In this document: in pieces, positions 36,373-47,116 of the stretch
Layout: each line of letters opens with the position of its first letter
Numbering within the stretch: position 1 is the first letter of the stretch
DNA from: Candidatus Zhuqueibacterota bacterium
Lineage (GTDB): Bacteria > BS750m-G25
Length of the DNA: 64,000 nt
Assembly (NCBI GenBank): GCA_016783505.1
Contig: JADHWK010000005.1
Coordinates: forward strand, 1,764 to 65,763
Direction: 5' to 3'
Program-made: the position numbers and the translations under genes
The notes under the pieces: model-generated
Databases searched by the model: none
Seen by the model: only the letters and a program-made list of their open reading frames with translations
Told to the model about the DNA's origin: nothing

Positions 36373-37515
36373 ATGGGGAATATTAGGACCAAGACTAATT
36401 GGGTTGTTTTTTTGGTAGCCATTTCTGCCGTCCTGTTGGTGTTGTATCTGGTGTTGCCAGACCAGCTGCCCAAGGAAATTGAAGAAGGCTTGGAACCGCC
36501 CTCCCATGCGGGTGATTTCGTGACCCAGGTGGAATTGATCCAGTCCCAGGTGGATGCCACCTTTCGGGAGCTTGGTTTCAAGAAAGACTGGATCAGAACC
36601 CAGCGTAAAGAAGATAGGATTTCAGGGAATAAGAAATGGCAAAAGTTATGGCTAAAGGTTAAGACCCCGGAGAAGACCTCCTTTATTCAGATTCACGATC
36701 AACTCAGTCGAGGAGTACAGGGGTATGGGGGAAGGGTCCTTTTGGCCAAGGAAGAAAAAGGGGGTCGGGCCTTTGCTTTGGTGGTCGGGTATGAAAACGA
36801 GGCGCTCGTAGAGATCAATCTTCAGAAGATCCCCGGGCTTTTGGGACCCAAGGGTCAGATTGCCATTATCATTGACGACTTTGGGAATCAACTGGATACC
36901 CCAACCGTCAAGGGGTTTTTATCATTGCAGTATCCCCTAACTCTTTCGGTGATCCCCGGACTGGCCGCTTCGGGGGCAGTGGCCCGACGGTCGGTTCAAC
37001 ATCAGAAGGAGGTGATGATCCACCTGCCTATGGAGGCTTTTGAAGAGGGATGGAAGGATCAACGTTTTCTGATCAAAGTGGGGATGAGTGAGGAGGAAAT
37101 AGCAGCGGTATTCCAAAGAGCAATCGAGAGCGTTCCCAACGCCAAGGGGCTCAACAACCATATGGGATCTAAGGCCACCGGTTCTTGGAGCACCATGGGG
37201 CTGGTGGCCGATCAATTAAAGAAATATCGTCTTTATTTCATTGACAGTCTGACCTCTAAGAACTCGGTGGCCTACGAGGAGACCCATCGCAGAGGGGTCT
37301 GGTGTGCTAAACGGGATGTGTTTCTGGATAACCGAGACGACATCGAGTATATAAAAAATAACATTCGCCGACTCATGAAGATCGCCGACGAGGGGAAAAG
37401 GGCGGTCGGCATCGGTCACGTCCGGGCCAATACCCTGACGGCCCTTAAGGTCCTTCTGCCGGTGCTGAAGAGAAGGGGCTATCAGCTTGTCTATGCCTCA
37501 GAGGTTGTCCGCTAA
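36373..37515 (+). CDS. Divergent polysaccharide deacetylase family protein (YibQ-like) with N-terminal TM anchor
   Basis: The C-terminal domain [10 protein letters not shown]...[10 protein letters not shown]...MIHLPME...NNHMGSKAT...YFIDSLTS...GHVR fits the YibQ family. Confidence 0.55.
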   Translation: MGNIRTKTNWVVFLVAISAVLLVLYLVLPDQLPKEIEEGLEPPSHAGDFVTQVELIQSQVDATFRELGFKKDWIRTQRKEDRISGNKKWQKLWLKVKTPEKTSFIQIHDQLSRGVQGYGGRVLLAKEEKGGRAFALVVGYENEALVEINLQKIPGLLGPKGQIAIIIDDFGNQLDTPTVKGFLSLQYPLTLSVIPGLAASGAVARRSVQHQKEVMIHLPMEAFEEGWKDQRFLIKVGMSEEEIAAVFQRAIESVPNAKGLNNHMGSKATGSWSTMGLVADQLKKYRLYFIDSLTSKNSVAYEETHRRGVWCAKRDVFLDNRDDIEYIKNNIRRLMKIADEGKRAVGIGHVRANTLTALKVLLPVLKRRGYQLVYASEVVR

Positions 37516-37531
37516 ACGTTATAGGAGGAAT

Positions 37532-38269
37532 ATGAGATTAGGGGTTAACGTAGATCATGTGGCCACGGTTCGTCAGGCCCGGGGTGGTCAGGAACCGGAC
37601 CCGGTGGCGGCTGCTTTGCTGGTGGAGTTGGCTGGGGCGGACGGCATTGTCTGTCACCTTCGGGAGGACCGGAGACACATCAACGACCGCGATCTGGACC
37701 TGCTGAAAAAGTTGGTCAAGACCCATCTGAATTTAGAGATGGCGGCCACCGAAGAGATGGTGGCCAAGGCCATGGCGGTGAAACCGGACATGGTGACCTT
37801 AGTCCCCGAGCGACGGGAGGAGCTGACAACAGAAGGGGGATTAGACGTGGTAGGCATGGGGGAGAATCTGGTGGCGGTTATCGGGGAGCTTAAGCGGGAG
37901 AATATCGTCGTCAGCCTGTTTATTGATCCTGAGATCCAACAGGTCAAGGAGGCGGCTCGGGTGGGGGCGGATTTCGTAGAGTTGCATACCGGACCTTATG
38001 CCAACTCGGTTGACGAGAACGAGGCCGACCTGGAAGCTGAGAAGCTGGAATCTATGGCGATAGCGGCCTCCAAGTTGAACCTGGGGGTGTCAGCCGGGCA
38101 TGGGCTGAACTATCAAAACGTTCCCCGCATCGCCCAAATCGAACTGATCGAAGAGCTAAACATCGGCCATTCCATAATATCCAAGGCGGTTTTCGTGGGG
38201 CTGGAAAGAGCGGTGAAGGAGATAATCGAATTAATTCGTGGATCAATCCAGGGAAGGATTGAAGGATGA
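37532..38269 (+). CDS. pdxJ: Pyridoxine 5'-phosphate synthase
   Basis: [24 protein letters not shown].....[16 protein letters not shown] is the canonical PdxJ N-terminus. The SD TAGGAGGA lies 6 nt upstream. Confidence 0.9.
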   Translation: MRLGVNVDHVATVRQARGGQEPDPVAAALLVELAGADGIVCHLREDRRHINDRDLDLLKKLVKTHLNLEMAATEEMVAKAMAVKPDMVTLVPERREELTTEGGLDVVGMGENLVAVIGELKRENIVVSLFIDPEIQQVKEAARVGADFVELHTGPYANSVDENEADLEAEKLESMAIAASKLNLGVSAGHGLNYQNVPRIAQIELIEELNIGHSIISKAVFVGLERAVKEIIELIRGSIQGRIEG

Positions 38270-39333
38270 AAAATCGTTGTAGGTTCATTGTTGGCTTAGG
38301 GGGTTTTGTGCTGCTGTTTTTTAGTTCCTGTACCTGGGAGCCGGACGACACGCCCCCCGCCGCCCCCACCGGGGTGGGCACCCGGAATGGCTACAATTAC
38401 ATCGAAATCTATTGGGATGAGAATACCGAGAGCGATCTGGACGGTTATAACGTGTATTGGAGCCCCACCGAATTTGGGGAGTATCAACCGGTAGCTGAGC
38501 ATTTGGGGAAGAATCAGACTTACTTCCAGGATAATCGAATCGCATTAAACCAAAGCTATTACTACAAGGTTACTGCTTTTGATGATTCCGACAATGAAAG
38601 CGGTTTCAGCAACCCGGCTCTGGGCTATGTGGTCGGTGGTGTGACCTCTATAACCGGGGATGGTGAGGTTAGCTTGGAGTGGGATGAATGTCAGATTGAA
38701 ACTATTGAGAGGTTTAGGATTTATCGGGGGGATAGTGCAACTCAAATAGACTCAATAATCGGTGAAGTTCTCGTCAGCGATAGTTCCTATCTGGATCAAA
38801 ACCTTCAAAACGGGGCTACCTATTTTTACGCCGTGTCCGCCTATGATGATCAGGGAAATGAGGGTGGGAAAAGCGTTGCCGTTGATGATACCCCCAGGCC
38901 TGAGGGACATGGATTAATTCTGAAGAACCGAAGTTTTTATTCAGAAAATGGTATTGACTTTTCAGACTATTTAGACAACTTAATTATAAATTACAACATA
39001 GATTCCTTAAACACCGATGTCTATTTGGAGGATAACCACCTTATTGTTCCTGGTTTTAGTTCATTTAACAGAATCTTGGAATACGGTCTAACTAATAATT
39101 TAAATGAGGTTAATGAAGTTCCCATTAATGCCCAATGGAATAGTGAAGGGAAGGCTGAAGTTAATGTCAACCAATCTTACATCGTATCAACAGAACTCTT
39201 CGGTTATATTAATTATGCCCATATAAGGATCACTGATGTTTACGGGGATTCCATAAAGTTGGATTGGGCCTACCAGATTCAGGCTGGTAATCCCGAGCTT
39301 AAATCAATTCCTCCCGGGGGAACTAACCCATGA
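38266..39333 (+). CDS. Lipoprotein with FN3-like domains, unknown function
   Basis: Lipobox LLFFSSC and FN3-like segments ([13 protein letters not shown]..., [10 protein letters not shown]). The last approximately 430 nt are conspicuously AT-rich compared with the 5' part. Confidence 0.4.
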   Translation: MKNRCRFIVGLGGFVLLFFSSCTWEPDDTPPAAPTGVGTRNGYNYIEIYWDENTESDLDGYNVYWSPTEFGEYQPVAEHLGKNQTYFQDNRIALNQSYYYKVTAFDDSDNESGFSNPALGYVVGGVTSITGDGEVSLEWDECQIETIERFRIYRGDSATQIDSIIGEVLVSDSSYLDQNLQNGATYFYAVSAYDDQGNEGGKSVAVDDTPRPEGHGLILKNRSFYSENGIDFSDYLDNLIINYNIDSLNTDVYLEDNHLIVPGFSSFNRILEYGLTNNLNEVNEVPINAQWNSEGKAEVNVNQSYIVSTELFGYINYAHIRITDVYGDSIKLDWAYQIQAGNPELKSIPPGGTNP

Positions 39334-40910
39334 ACCGAAAAAGATTGGGATATGCTGCCATTTTGCTAAGTACGCTGGTGCTGGCCTTGGTCCTTATCAG
39401 CGGGGGGTTCTTAGCTGCCGGACAGAACATCTACCGCCAGTTGAATAAGCTGACCCGGGTGATCAAGATCATCCATTCTGTCTATGTGGAGGTTCCGGAC
39501 GGGGGTAAGTTAATTGATGGGGCTGTCAGGGGGATGCTGGAACAACTGGATCCCCATTCGGTTTACATTCCCCCGAAGAAGCTTGCCAAGGTGGAAGAGA
39601 AGTTTAAGGGGTCGTTCACCGGCATCGGGATCAGCTTTATGGTTCAGAATAAAATCTTGACGGTGATTTCCCCCATCCCCGGTACCCCCTCCGACCGATT
39701 GGGCATCCGCAGCGGGGACCAGATTGTGGAGATTGACGGGGTCTCTGCTATTGGGATCACCACCCAGGGGGTCTACGAGAAGCTCCGGGGTCCCAAGGGG
39801 ACGGAAGTGAAGATTAAGGTGAGGCGATCCGGGGTGAAGGACCTTCTGGATTTCACCATTCAGCGGGATGAGATACCCATCTATTCCGTTGAAGCCGGTT
39901 TTTTATTGGATGATTCCACCGGTTATGTGCTTCTCAACCGCTTTTCCAGTACCACTGCTGACGAGCTGGAAAAGACCTTAAGCGAATTGGAAGCCGGGGG
40001 AATGAGACGGTTAATTCTGGATCTGAGGGGTAATTCCGGCGGATACTTGGAACAAGCGGTCAGGGTGGCTGACATTTTCATCGAGGGGGATCGAAAGATC
40101 GTCTATACCCGGGGCCGGCTACCCGATTCCAACCAAGATTATTACGCCACCTACCGGGCCACCCACCCCAAAATTCCCCTCATTATCCTCATCAATCATG
40201 GCTCTGCCAGTGCCTCAGAGATCGTGGCCGGCGCCGTGCAGGATTGGGACCGGGGTCTGATCGTGGGGACCACCACCTTCGGCAAGGGACTGGTGCAGAG
40301 GCAATATGTATTGGAAGATAGCTCGGCCATCCGGGTCACTGTGGCCCGCTACTATACCCCATCGGGCCGGCTCATCCAACGATCCTATGAGGAGGGGATC
40401 AGCCAGTATTACCGGGATGGGTATGATGAGAAGGATCCTAACTTTCAGGCCGATTCGGCAGCCGACCGACCCATCTACTATACCCATGCCGGGAGGACCG
40501 TCTACGGGGGTGGGGGGATTACCCCCGATGTTTTCCTGAAATCAAAATACCTAACCCTCACTACCAGTAAAATTCTGGGCAAGAGGCTCTTTTTTGAATA
40601 TGCCTTCCAATATGTTGCCGACCATAAAGATCTGACCCATAGCTTTGCTGGCTTTCTTGGGGATTTTAAAGTAAACAAGAGGATGATTAGGGGGTTTAAG
40701 GTATTTATTAAGGAAAAGGGTATCGAGGTAATCGAGAAAGATTTTGAACAGGATATAGAATATATCAAGGTATTCATCAAGGGAGAAATTGCCCAGAGCC
40801 TGTGGAGCAACCGGGAGAAATATTATCAGGTCCGGATTCAGGGGGACCCGCAGGTACAGGAAGCGCTGAAGCTCTTTGGTCAGGCCAGGGAGATAGCGGG
40901 AATTTTTTAA
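39330..40910 (+). CDS. ctp: Carboxyl-terminal processing protease (S41 family, Ctp/Prc-like) with PDZ domain
   Basis: LDLRGNSGGYLEQAV, the catalytic Ser region GSASASEIVAGA and TTFGKGLVQ. Start overlaps the upstream gene (ATGA). Confidence 0.85.
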   Translation: MNRKRLGYAAILLSTLVLALVLISGGFLAAGQNIYRQLNKLTRVIKIIHSVYVEVPDGGKLIDGAVRGMLEQLDPHSVYIPPKKLAKVEEKFKGSFTGIGISFMVQNKILTVISPIPGTPSDRLGIRSGDQIVEIDGVSAIGITTQGVYEKLRGPKGTEVKIKVRRSGVKDLLDFTIQRDEIPIYSVEAGFLLDDSTGYVLLNRFSSTTADELEKTLSELEAGGMRRLILDLRGNSGGYLEQAVRVADIFIEGDRKIVYTRGRLPDSNQDYYATYRATHPKIPLIILINHGSASASEIVAGAVQDWDRGLIVGTTTFGKGLVQRQYVLEDSSAIRVTVARYYTPSGRLIQRSYEEGISQYYRDGYDEKDPNFQADSAADRPIYYTHAGRTVYGGGGITPDVFLKSKYLTLTTSKILGKRLFFEYAFQYVADHKDLTHSFAGFLGDFKVNKRMIRGFKVFIKEKGIEVIEKDFEQDIEYIKVFIKGEIAQSLWSNREKYYQVRIQGDPQVQEALKLFGQAREIAGIF

Positions 40911-40939
40911 GCAAGGGGTCCTGATTGATAAAAAAATTA

Positions 40940-40974
40940 TTGACTTTTAAGGAAAAAATAGTTATAATTATAAT
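40940..40974 (+). promoter_or_regulatory. Consensus sigma70-type promoter for the exbB-exbD-exbD-tonB operon
   Basis: TTGACT, a 17-nt spacer, then TATAAT (with a second TATAAT in tandem). It sits about 45 nt upstream of the exbB start and a GAGGAGGAG SD. Confidence 0.5.
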
Positions 40975-41017
40975 GGTAAAGAAGAGAACAATTTATTAGG
41001 GATGAGGAGGAGCAGTT

Positions 41018-41650
41018 ATGGTCAAGATGTTTATCCAGGGTGGGGGATTTATGTGGCCGATATTGATCTGCCTCGTTGCTGGTATCGCCATCAGTATCGA
41101 GCGGTTAATCTCCCTCCAGTTAGCCTCCGTCAACACCCGGAAATTTTTGGGGATGATTAAAGAGGCTTTAGTTTCCACGGGGGTGAAGGGGGCTATCGAG
41201 AGGTGTGCCCGGACCCGGGGTCCGGTAGCTTCCATCTTTCATGCTGGGCTGATCCGGGCCGACCGGGGTATCGAGCACGTGGAAAAGGCCATCACCAATG
41301 CCGGCTCCATTGAGATGTCCATGCTCGAGCGGGGGCTGGTGTGGCTGTCCACCATTATCGCCATCGCCCCCATGCTGGGGTTCACGGGCACGGTGTATGG
41401 GATGGTGCTGGCCTTTCAAGCCATTGAGAAAGCCAACGATATCTCCCCTTCGGTAGTCGCCAGTGGGATATCGGTGGCCCTGCTTACCACCCTGTTCGGG
41501 CTGATTGTAGCCATAATCATTCAGCTGGCCCACAACTTCTTCGTGTCCAAGGTGGACCGGATCGTGATCGGAATGGAGGAGGGGTCGGTGGAGCTGGTGG
41601 ACTACCTCATCGAAATGGAGGAGAGCAAAGCCACCGCTGGCAGTAAATAA
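41018..41650 (+). CDS. exbB: MotA/TolQ/ExbB proton-channel family protein
   Basis: Three TM segments and the conserved LxxIAxxAPxLGxxGTVxGM motif region (IIAIAPMLGFTGTVYGM). Confidence 0.8.
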   Translation: MVKMFIQGGGFMWPILICLVAGIAISIERLISLQLASVNTRKFLGMIKEALVSTGVKGAIERCARTRGPVASIFHAGLIRADRGIEHVEKAITNAGSIEMSMLERGLVWLSTIIAIAPMLGFTGTVYGMVLAFQAIEKANDISPSVVASGISVALLTTLFGLIVAIIIQLAHNFFVSKVDRIVIGMEEGSVELVDYLIEMEESKATAGSK

Positions 41651-41663
41651 CAGGGGGTGAACC

Positions 41664-42065
41664 ATGTTGACTGCAAGACCGAGCAAGGCCACGGGCGAAA
41701 TTCCCACCTGTTCTATGGCCGACATCGCCTTTCTGCTGCTGATCTTTTTTCTGGTGACCACTACCATTGATATGGACAAGGGGATCGGACTGACCCTACC
41801 CGCCAAGGGGGAGACCATAGAGGTGGCCAGCAGGAACATTATCAACATTCTCGTTAACGCCGCTGGTGATGTGATGATCGGCGATGAGATCGTGGGTCGG
41901 ATGCAGATTAAGGAGAGGGTGAGGATGGAACTGCAAAAAAACCCCAGATTAATCCTCTCAGTTAAGACGGACCGGGAGACAAGATATAATGACTTTATCG
42001 CCGTCATGGATCAGATAAAAATGGCCGGGGCCACCCGAATATCCCTGGCTGAACCCGAAATTTAG
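41664..42065 (+). CDS. exbD: Biopolymer transport protein ExbD/TolR
   Basis: The N-terminal TM SMADIAFLLLIFFLVTT and periplasmic domain are typical. Confidence 0.8.
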   Translation: MLTARPSKATGEIPTCSMADIAFLLLIFFLVTTTIDMDKGIGLTLPAKGETIEVASRNIINILVNAAGDVMIGDEIVGRMQIKERVRMELQKNPRLILSVKTDRETRYNDFIAVMDQIKMAGATRISLAEPEI

Positions 42066-42090
42066 TTATGTAATCTGATGGGATTTTAAG

Positions 42091-42498
42091 ATGAAGTTCG
42101 AAAAGAAGGAGAAGGCGGCGGCGGAAATCCCCACCGCATCCATGCCCGACATTATTTTCATGCTGCTAATTTTCTTTATGGTCTCTGCGGTCTTTAAAGA
42201 GTTCCGGGGGCTTCCGGTGACCCTCCCCTCGGCCAAAATGATAGAGAAGCTGGAAACAAAACGGAACGTGGCCTACATCTATACCGATAAAGACGGCCGG
42301 GTTTCTATTGATGATATGATCGTGCCCATCCCCTCCATCGGGCCTATCATGTATCAGAAAAGGGTGGACAATCCGAGGGTGATCGTCTCCTTGAAAACGG
42401 ACAAGGAGTGTAAAATGGGGGTCATGAACGACATTCAGGAGCAGCTCCGAGAGGCTGACGCCTTAAGGGTTAATTACTCTTCCAAATTTAAGGGTTAA
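42091..42498 (+). CDS. exbD: Biopolymer transport protein ExbD/TolR, second copy
   Basis: TM SMPDIIFMLLIFFMVSA, then an ExbD fold. Confidence 0.8.
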   Translation: MKFEKKEKAAAEIPTASMPDIIFMLLIFFMVSAVFKEFRGLPVTLPSAKMIEKLETKRNVAYIYTDKDGRVSIDDMIVPIPSIGPIMYQKRVDNPRVIVSLKTDKECKMGVMNDIQEQLREADALRVNYSSKFKG

Positions 42499-42503
42499 AG
42501 AAG

Positions 42504-43142
42504 TTGAGAAAACATCCTGAAGCCGACCTGCGGTTGAAATACCGGAAATTCATGGAGATCTCGTTAACCATCTCCCTTTCCATCGTTATCATTGTCTTCT
42601 TAATTTCAAAGGAGTTCAGGGCTAAGGAGATCAAGCAGGAGGTTACGCAGATTATCGTGGAGGTGGAGGACATTCCTCAGACGGAGCAGATTAAGCGTCC
42701 CCCGCCCCCCCCTCGCCCGGCGGTGCCCATCGAATCGGAGGACCCAGACATCGAGGAGGACATCACTATTGAAGAGACCCTCCTGGACCTCTCAGACTAC
42801 GACATCTCTCCCCCTCCCCCACCGGCGTCGGCCATTGAATTCTTCGCCTACGATGAGGCCCCTACCATCATCGGGGGGATGGCCGCCATCAAGAAAAACC
42901 TGGTATATCCAGAGATTGCCCAGAAGGCCGGGGTATCGGCAACGGTCATTGTCCTGGTGGGTATTGACGAAAAAGGGGGGATCATTCTCGTTGAGGTCAT
43001 GCAGGAGAGGCCGAAGGGTCTGGGGTTTGGTGAGGCGGCCATGGATGCGGTTCGTAAGGTCAAGTTCACCCCGGGCAAGCAGCGGGATAAACCCGTTCCA
43101 GTGAAAATTTCCATCCCCGTGCATTTCCAGATTAAAAAGTAA
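42504..43142 (+). CDS. tonB: Energy transducer TonB-family protein
   Basis: N-terminal TM, a Pro-rich spacer (RPPPPPRPAVP, SPPPPPAS) and a C-terminal TonB domain (YPEIAQKAGVSATVIV...VKFTP). Confidence 0.7.
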   Translation: MRKHPEADLRLKYRKFMEISLTISLSIVIIVFLISKEFRAKEIKQEVTQIIVEVEDIPQTEQIKRPPPPPRPAVPIESEDPDIEEDITIEETLLDLSDYDISPPPPPASAIEFFAYDEAPTIIGGMAAIKKNLVYPEIAQKAGVSATVIVLVGIDEKGGIILVEVMQERPKGLGFGEAAMDAVRKVKFTPGKQRDKPVPVKISIPVHFQIKK

Positions 43143-43427
43143 CCTCCTTACGAGAAAATCCAAGACCCTGGGATGTGACTCAATCCTGGGGTTTTTTTGT
43201 TTTAACCTAGATTTGGGGAAAAGGTGTTTATAATGTTTCAATCCCGAATGTTCGGGATTGAAGCAGCAGTTGAATTTTAAGGAGTTATCCCGAAAAATTC
43301 GGGACAGATTAACCCCAACGGATTAACCCGAAAAAACGGTAGACAATTAGCTTTTTAGAAAAAAGAGTTGATTCTTTGGAGAGAATATGTTATTTTTCTG
43401 ATGTGAAAAAGATCGTGAGGTTAATTA

Positions 43428-44432
43428 ATGACCCGGGTAAAGGTGGGCGTTATTGGGGTTGGTAGGCTCGGTCAGCACCATGCCAGATTATACAGACAAC
43501 TTGAAACGGCTCGGTTGATAGGGGTTTTTGACGCCGATTGGGAAGTCTGCCAGGGCGTGGCCGTTGAGCTTAAAATTTTAGCCTTCAGGCAGATGGAAGA
43601 TTTGCTGAACCAGGTGGATGCCGTCAGTGTGGCTACCCCCACCGCCACCCATGGCAGGATTGGCCGACTAGTGCTTCAGGCAGGGGTTCACATTTTTATT
43701 GAAAAACCCATCGCTGATACCCTGGCCACGGCGGATGATCTGATCAATCAGGCCCGGAAGCGGGGACTTAAGATTCAGGTCGGACACATTGAGCGTTTCA
43801 ACCCTGCCCTTTTGGCCCTGCGGGGGGTTGGGCTTGAGCCCCGGTTCATCGAGTCGCACCGACTGGCTACCTTCGATCCCCGGGGGACGGATGTGGCCGT
43901 CGTCCTCGACCTGATGATCCACGACCTCGATATTATAATAAATTTGGTGAAAAGCCCGATAAGAAGGATTGATGCCAACGGGGTCAACGTTCTCACCGAT
44001 TCGATTGACATCGCTAACGCCCGGCTGACTTTTGATAACGGTTGTGTTGCCAATGTAACCGCCAGCAGGATTTCCCAGAAGAAGATGCGGAAGATGCGCC
44101 TATTCCAGCGGGATGTCTATATCTCCGTTGACTTTCTCGATGGGATATCTGAAATCTTCCGACTGGAGGATGTGCATGAAGGGCTGGAAAAGACCCCGTC
44201 CATTGGGGTAATCGGGGAATACAGGATTGGAGGCAGGAAGAAACGGATCGTATACAACCAGCCCCAAGTTCCCGGGGTCAACGCCCTCCAGCTCGAACTT
44301 GAGGGTTTCCTGAAGGCCGTTGCCGGGGGGGGTGATCCCCCCGTCACTGGTGAGGACGGCAGGCGGGCCCTGGAGGTGGCTATGAAGGTCATAGAGGAAA
44401 TCGAAAGGCAAAATCAAAAGGTAACTTTTTAG
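43428..44432 (+). CDS. Gfo/Idh/MocA family NAD(P)-dependent oxidoreductase
   Basis: The N-terminal Rossmann VKVGVIGVGRLGQHHARLY and a family-typical length and profile. Confidence 0.75.
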   Translation: MTRVKVGVIGVGRLGQHHARLYRQLETARLIGVFDADWEVCQGVAVELKILAFRQMEDLLNQVDAVSVATPTATHGRIGRLVLQAGVHIFIEKPIADTLATADDLINQARKRGLKIQVGHIERFNPALLALRGVGLEPRFIESHRLATFDPRGTDVAVVLDLMIHDLDIIINLVKSPIRRIDANGVNVLTDSIDIANARLTFDNGCVANVTASRISQKKMRKMRLFQRDVYISVDFLDGISEIFRLEDVHEGLEKTPSIGVIGEYRIGGRKKRIVYNQPQVPGVNALQLELEGFLKAVAGGGDPPVTGEDGRRALEVAMKVIEEIERQNQKVTF

Positions 44433-44716
44433 CCGTTGGAAGTTGAAAAGCAGCAGGGGGACAGAGGGGCTGGGGAGCAGAGGAGAAAAAAATCGTATCC
44501 TCAATAGGTATCATCGTGAATCCGTCTAACAATATGGAATTACCCCGAAACTTCGGGGTTTATCATAAACCCGTCCATACGGATCCGTCTGGATAAACGG
44601 ATAACTCCGGTTGTTTTTATTGCGTTTTGAATTTCGGTCATTTGTCGTGCCTGAGGCAGATCCGCCTTGGGCGGAAATTTGTTTCGGATTTCGTGTTTCG
44701 GATTTTATCTTGTAAT

Positions 44717-45289
44717 ATGGACATTCGTCAATTTTTTTTCCAATATCGCAGCTTTACGCCGATTCCATTAATCCTGCTTTTGTTCTATCTGGCACAGCCG
44801 AAAATTTATCCTTTTGTATTCGGTCTGCTTTTGGCCCTTGTCGGGGAGGGGCTTCGGTGGTGGGCGGTGGCCCATGCGGGCGGGGAGACCCGAACCCGCC
44901 AGGTGGGTGCCGGGGAATTGGTAACCAGCGGCCCCTTTGCCCATGTACGGAACCCCCTTTACCTTGCAAATCTATTCATCATTACCGGATTTGTCCTCAT
45001 GGCCGGCGGGGGTCTTCCCTGGATGCTGGGGGTGGGCTGGGCCTTCTGGGCGGTGCAATATTCCCTCATCATCTCCTTAGAAGAGGAAACCCTGGACAAA
45101 CTCTTCGGGGATACCTACCGCCGATACAGAAACAAAGTTCCCAGGTTCTTGCCTTTGTTAAAAGGTCAGACCCCAGAAGGGAGGACGACCCTTCCCCTAA
45201 GGAAAGTCCTGCGGTCGGAGCGTAGTACGCTTTTAGGACTTTTATTGCTGACGGGCGGCATCATTTTACGGGGTGCTCTTTTTGGGTAA
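44717..45289 (+). CDS. Isoprenylcysteine carboxyl methyltransferase (ICMT)/phospholipid methyltransferase family membrane protein
   Basis: LVTSGPFAHVRNPLYLANL matches the family G.Y...RHP.Y.G motif. Multi-TM. The start is placed at MDIRQF; the track start at 44627 covers a 20-nt repeat copy. Confidence 0.55.
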   Translation: MDIRQFFFQYRSFTPIPLILLLFYLAQPKIYPFVFGLLLALVGEGLRWWAVAHAGGETRTRQVGAGELVTSGPFAHVRNPLYLANLFIITGFVLMAGGGLPWMLGVGWAFWAVQYSLIISLEEETLDKLFGDTYRRYRNKVPRFLPLLKGQTPEGRTTLPLRKVLRSERSTLLGLLLLTGGIILRGALFG

Positions 45290-45293
45290 TGGG

Positions 45294-46418
45294 ATGGTCA
45301 AGAGAATATTAATGGTTGCCGGGGAGCCCTCGGGAGACCTGCATGGTTCGGGGTTGGTTCGGGAGCTGAAGCGGCGATCACCAAACCTTAATCTCTACGG
45401 CATCGGCGGGGACCAGATGGCCGCCGCCGGGTTTGAGAACCTCTATCACATTGATCAGCTCTCCCTGCTGGGGTTTACGGAAGTGGTCAGACGGCTGCCT
45501 TTCGTCAACCAGGTCCTTCGGCAGCTCGGCAGGCTCCTGAAATCCCGACGGCCCGACTTGGTGGTTCTCATTGATTTTCCCGGCTTCAACCTGCGGTTGG
45601 CCAGGATGGCCAAGGGCCTGGGGGTGCCGGTTCTCTACTACATCAGCCCCCAAGTGTGGGCCTGGGCCCGGGAACGGATATGGAAGATAGCCCGCTGGGT
45701 GGATCGGATGGCCGTTATTTTGCCTTTCGAGGAGAAGTTATTTCGTCAGGCCGGAATAAACGCTCGATTTGTGGGCCATCCCCTGTTGGATGGTCAGGGC
45801 TCCCAAATGACCCATTCGGAGTTTTGCCTTGCCTACGACCTGGATCCCAACCGAAGGACAATTGCCCTATTGCCGGGAAGCCGGTCCACCGAAATTCTTA
45901 AGCTGTTTCCTGTTATGATAGGGGCAACAGAACGTATCCGGGGAATCTTAGGGAATATTCAGGTGACCGTGGGGGTGGCCTCTACCGTTAATCAGCGGGA
46001 TCTGGAGCGAATGGTTCCCCCAGACGCCTGGGTGCGTTTGGTGCCCGATGCCATCCAGGACGTGTTGAAGCACGCCGAAATAGCTATCGTTGCCTCGGGG
46101 ACGGCGACACTGGAGGCCGCCATCCTGGGGGTCCCCATGGTCATCGTATACCGTGTTTCCCCCCTTTCCTATCTCATCGGCAGGCTGCTGGTGAGCACAG
46201 ATTACATCGGGCTGGTGAACTTAGTGGCCGGTCGAGAGGTAGTTCCCGAGCTCATTCAGGGGGCGGCTACGGCCGAGAATATTGCGGCTACGGCGATTCG
46301 AATTATTCGGGATTCCACATATCGCCAATCCATTCTGAAGGATTTAAGGATGGTGCGGGAGCGGCTGGGGAAGCCGGGAGCCACCCGCCGGGTGGCCGAT
46401 ATGGTGTTTGAATTTTAA
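45294..46418 (+). CDS. lpxB: Lipid-A-disaccharide synthase
   Basis: MVKRILMVAGEPSGDLHGSGLVRELK... and the GT19 family profile throughout. Confidence 0.85.
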   Translation: MVKRILMVAGEPSGDLHGSGLVRELKRRSPNLNLYGIGGDQMAAAGFENLYHIDQLSLLGFTEVVRRLPFVNQVLRQLGRLLKSRRPDLVVLIDFPGFNLRLARMAKGLGVPVLYYISPQVWAWARERIWKIARWVDRMAVILPFEEKLFRQAGINARFVGHPLLDGQGSQMTHSEFCLAYDLDPNRRTIALLPGSRSTEILKLFPVMIGATERIRGILGNIQVTVGVASTVNQRDLERMVPPDAWVRLVPDAIQDVLKHAEIAIVASGTATLEAAILGVPMVIVYRVSPLSYLIGRLLVSTDYIGLVNLVAGREVVPELIQGAATAENIAATAIRIIRDSTYRQSILKDLRMVRERLGKPGATRRVADMVFEF

Positions 46419-46613
46419 ATGAACTTTTAGCTATGCTCCTTTTAGATTCTGCGGGTCATCTGCCATTATTTTTAATTTGACAGGATTGATTGTTTTTATT
46501 CTTGTGCCGACTCGTCGGCATGATGGTTTAGTTAGTAAATAAAATTAAATGATCTAACAATATAAAACTAGAATTTTTGAGAATTTTACTAATCAGCTGA
46601 GAGAGTCTCCATT

Positions 46614-47099
46614 ATGTACCCAATAAATGAAATTGAAATTGCTGCAAATGAATTTGTTGAGTTACGGCGAAAAGTACATCATGAGATAGCTAAAAAGTTA
46701 GATCAAGGATCATTCGAAAATGGAACTACTTTAATCTATAAAGGAAATTTTATGCGTATAGAATTAACTATCAAGGATGATACCCAAAAGAGTACACTTC
46801 ATAGCTATGGGACTTTATCGCCGAATGCGCGTTACTTTCTAAAGGCCTTTGCCAAGGGAATTTCAACACCTTTCAGACTTGAGATAGACAATAAATGGAA
46901 TACTCCTCATATTAACAGTTGTTGTTCACAAGATAACCATCGATCCATTCCGAATTGGGGAACAAGCAACATTAGTTCTATTGGATCGACTGTTACCGGT
47001 GTTGTTCTTGGTGATTGTTTGGTATTTGATTTAATGAAGCGTCATTTGAAATACGGCGGTTTTGGAACAACAACGGATTGTACCCTACACCATAGTTAA
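46614..47099 (+). CDS. Hypothetical protein in AT-rich islet (161 aa), no recognisable domain
   Basis: ORF only. Low GC (about 35%) against about 52% flanks. Cys-containing C-terminal half. Confidence 0.3.
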   Translation: MYPINEIEIAANEFVELRRKVHHEIAKKLDQGSFENGTTLIYKGNFMRIELTIKDDTQKSTLHSYGTLSPNARYFLKAFAKGISTPFRLEIDNKWNTPHINSCCSQDNHRSIPNWGTSNISSIGSTVTGVVLGDCLVFDLMKRHLKYGGFGTTTDCTLHHS

Positions 47100-47116
47100 G
47101 GATATAGGTAATCTGA

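Noticed and set aside
41168-42007. 279-aa minus-strand ORF overlapping exbB/exbD
   Set aside because: Antisense to three well-supported Ton genes. Arg/Pro/Gly/His-rich composition. Spurious.
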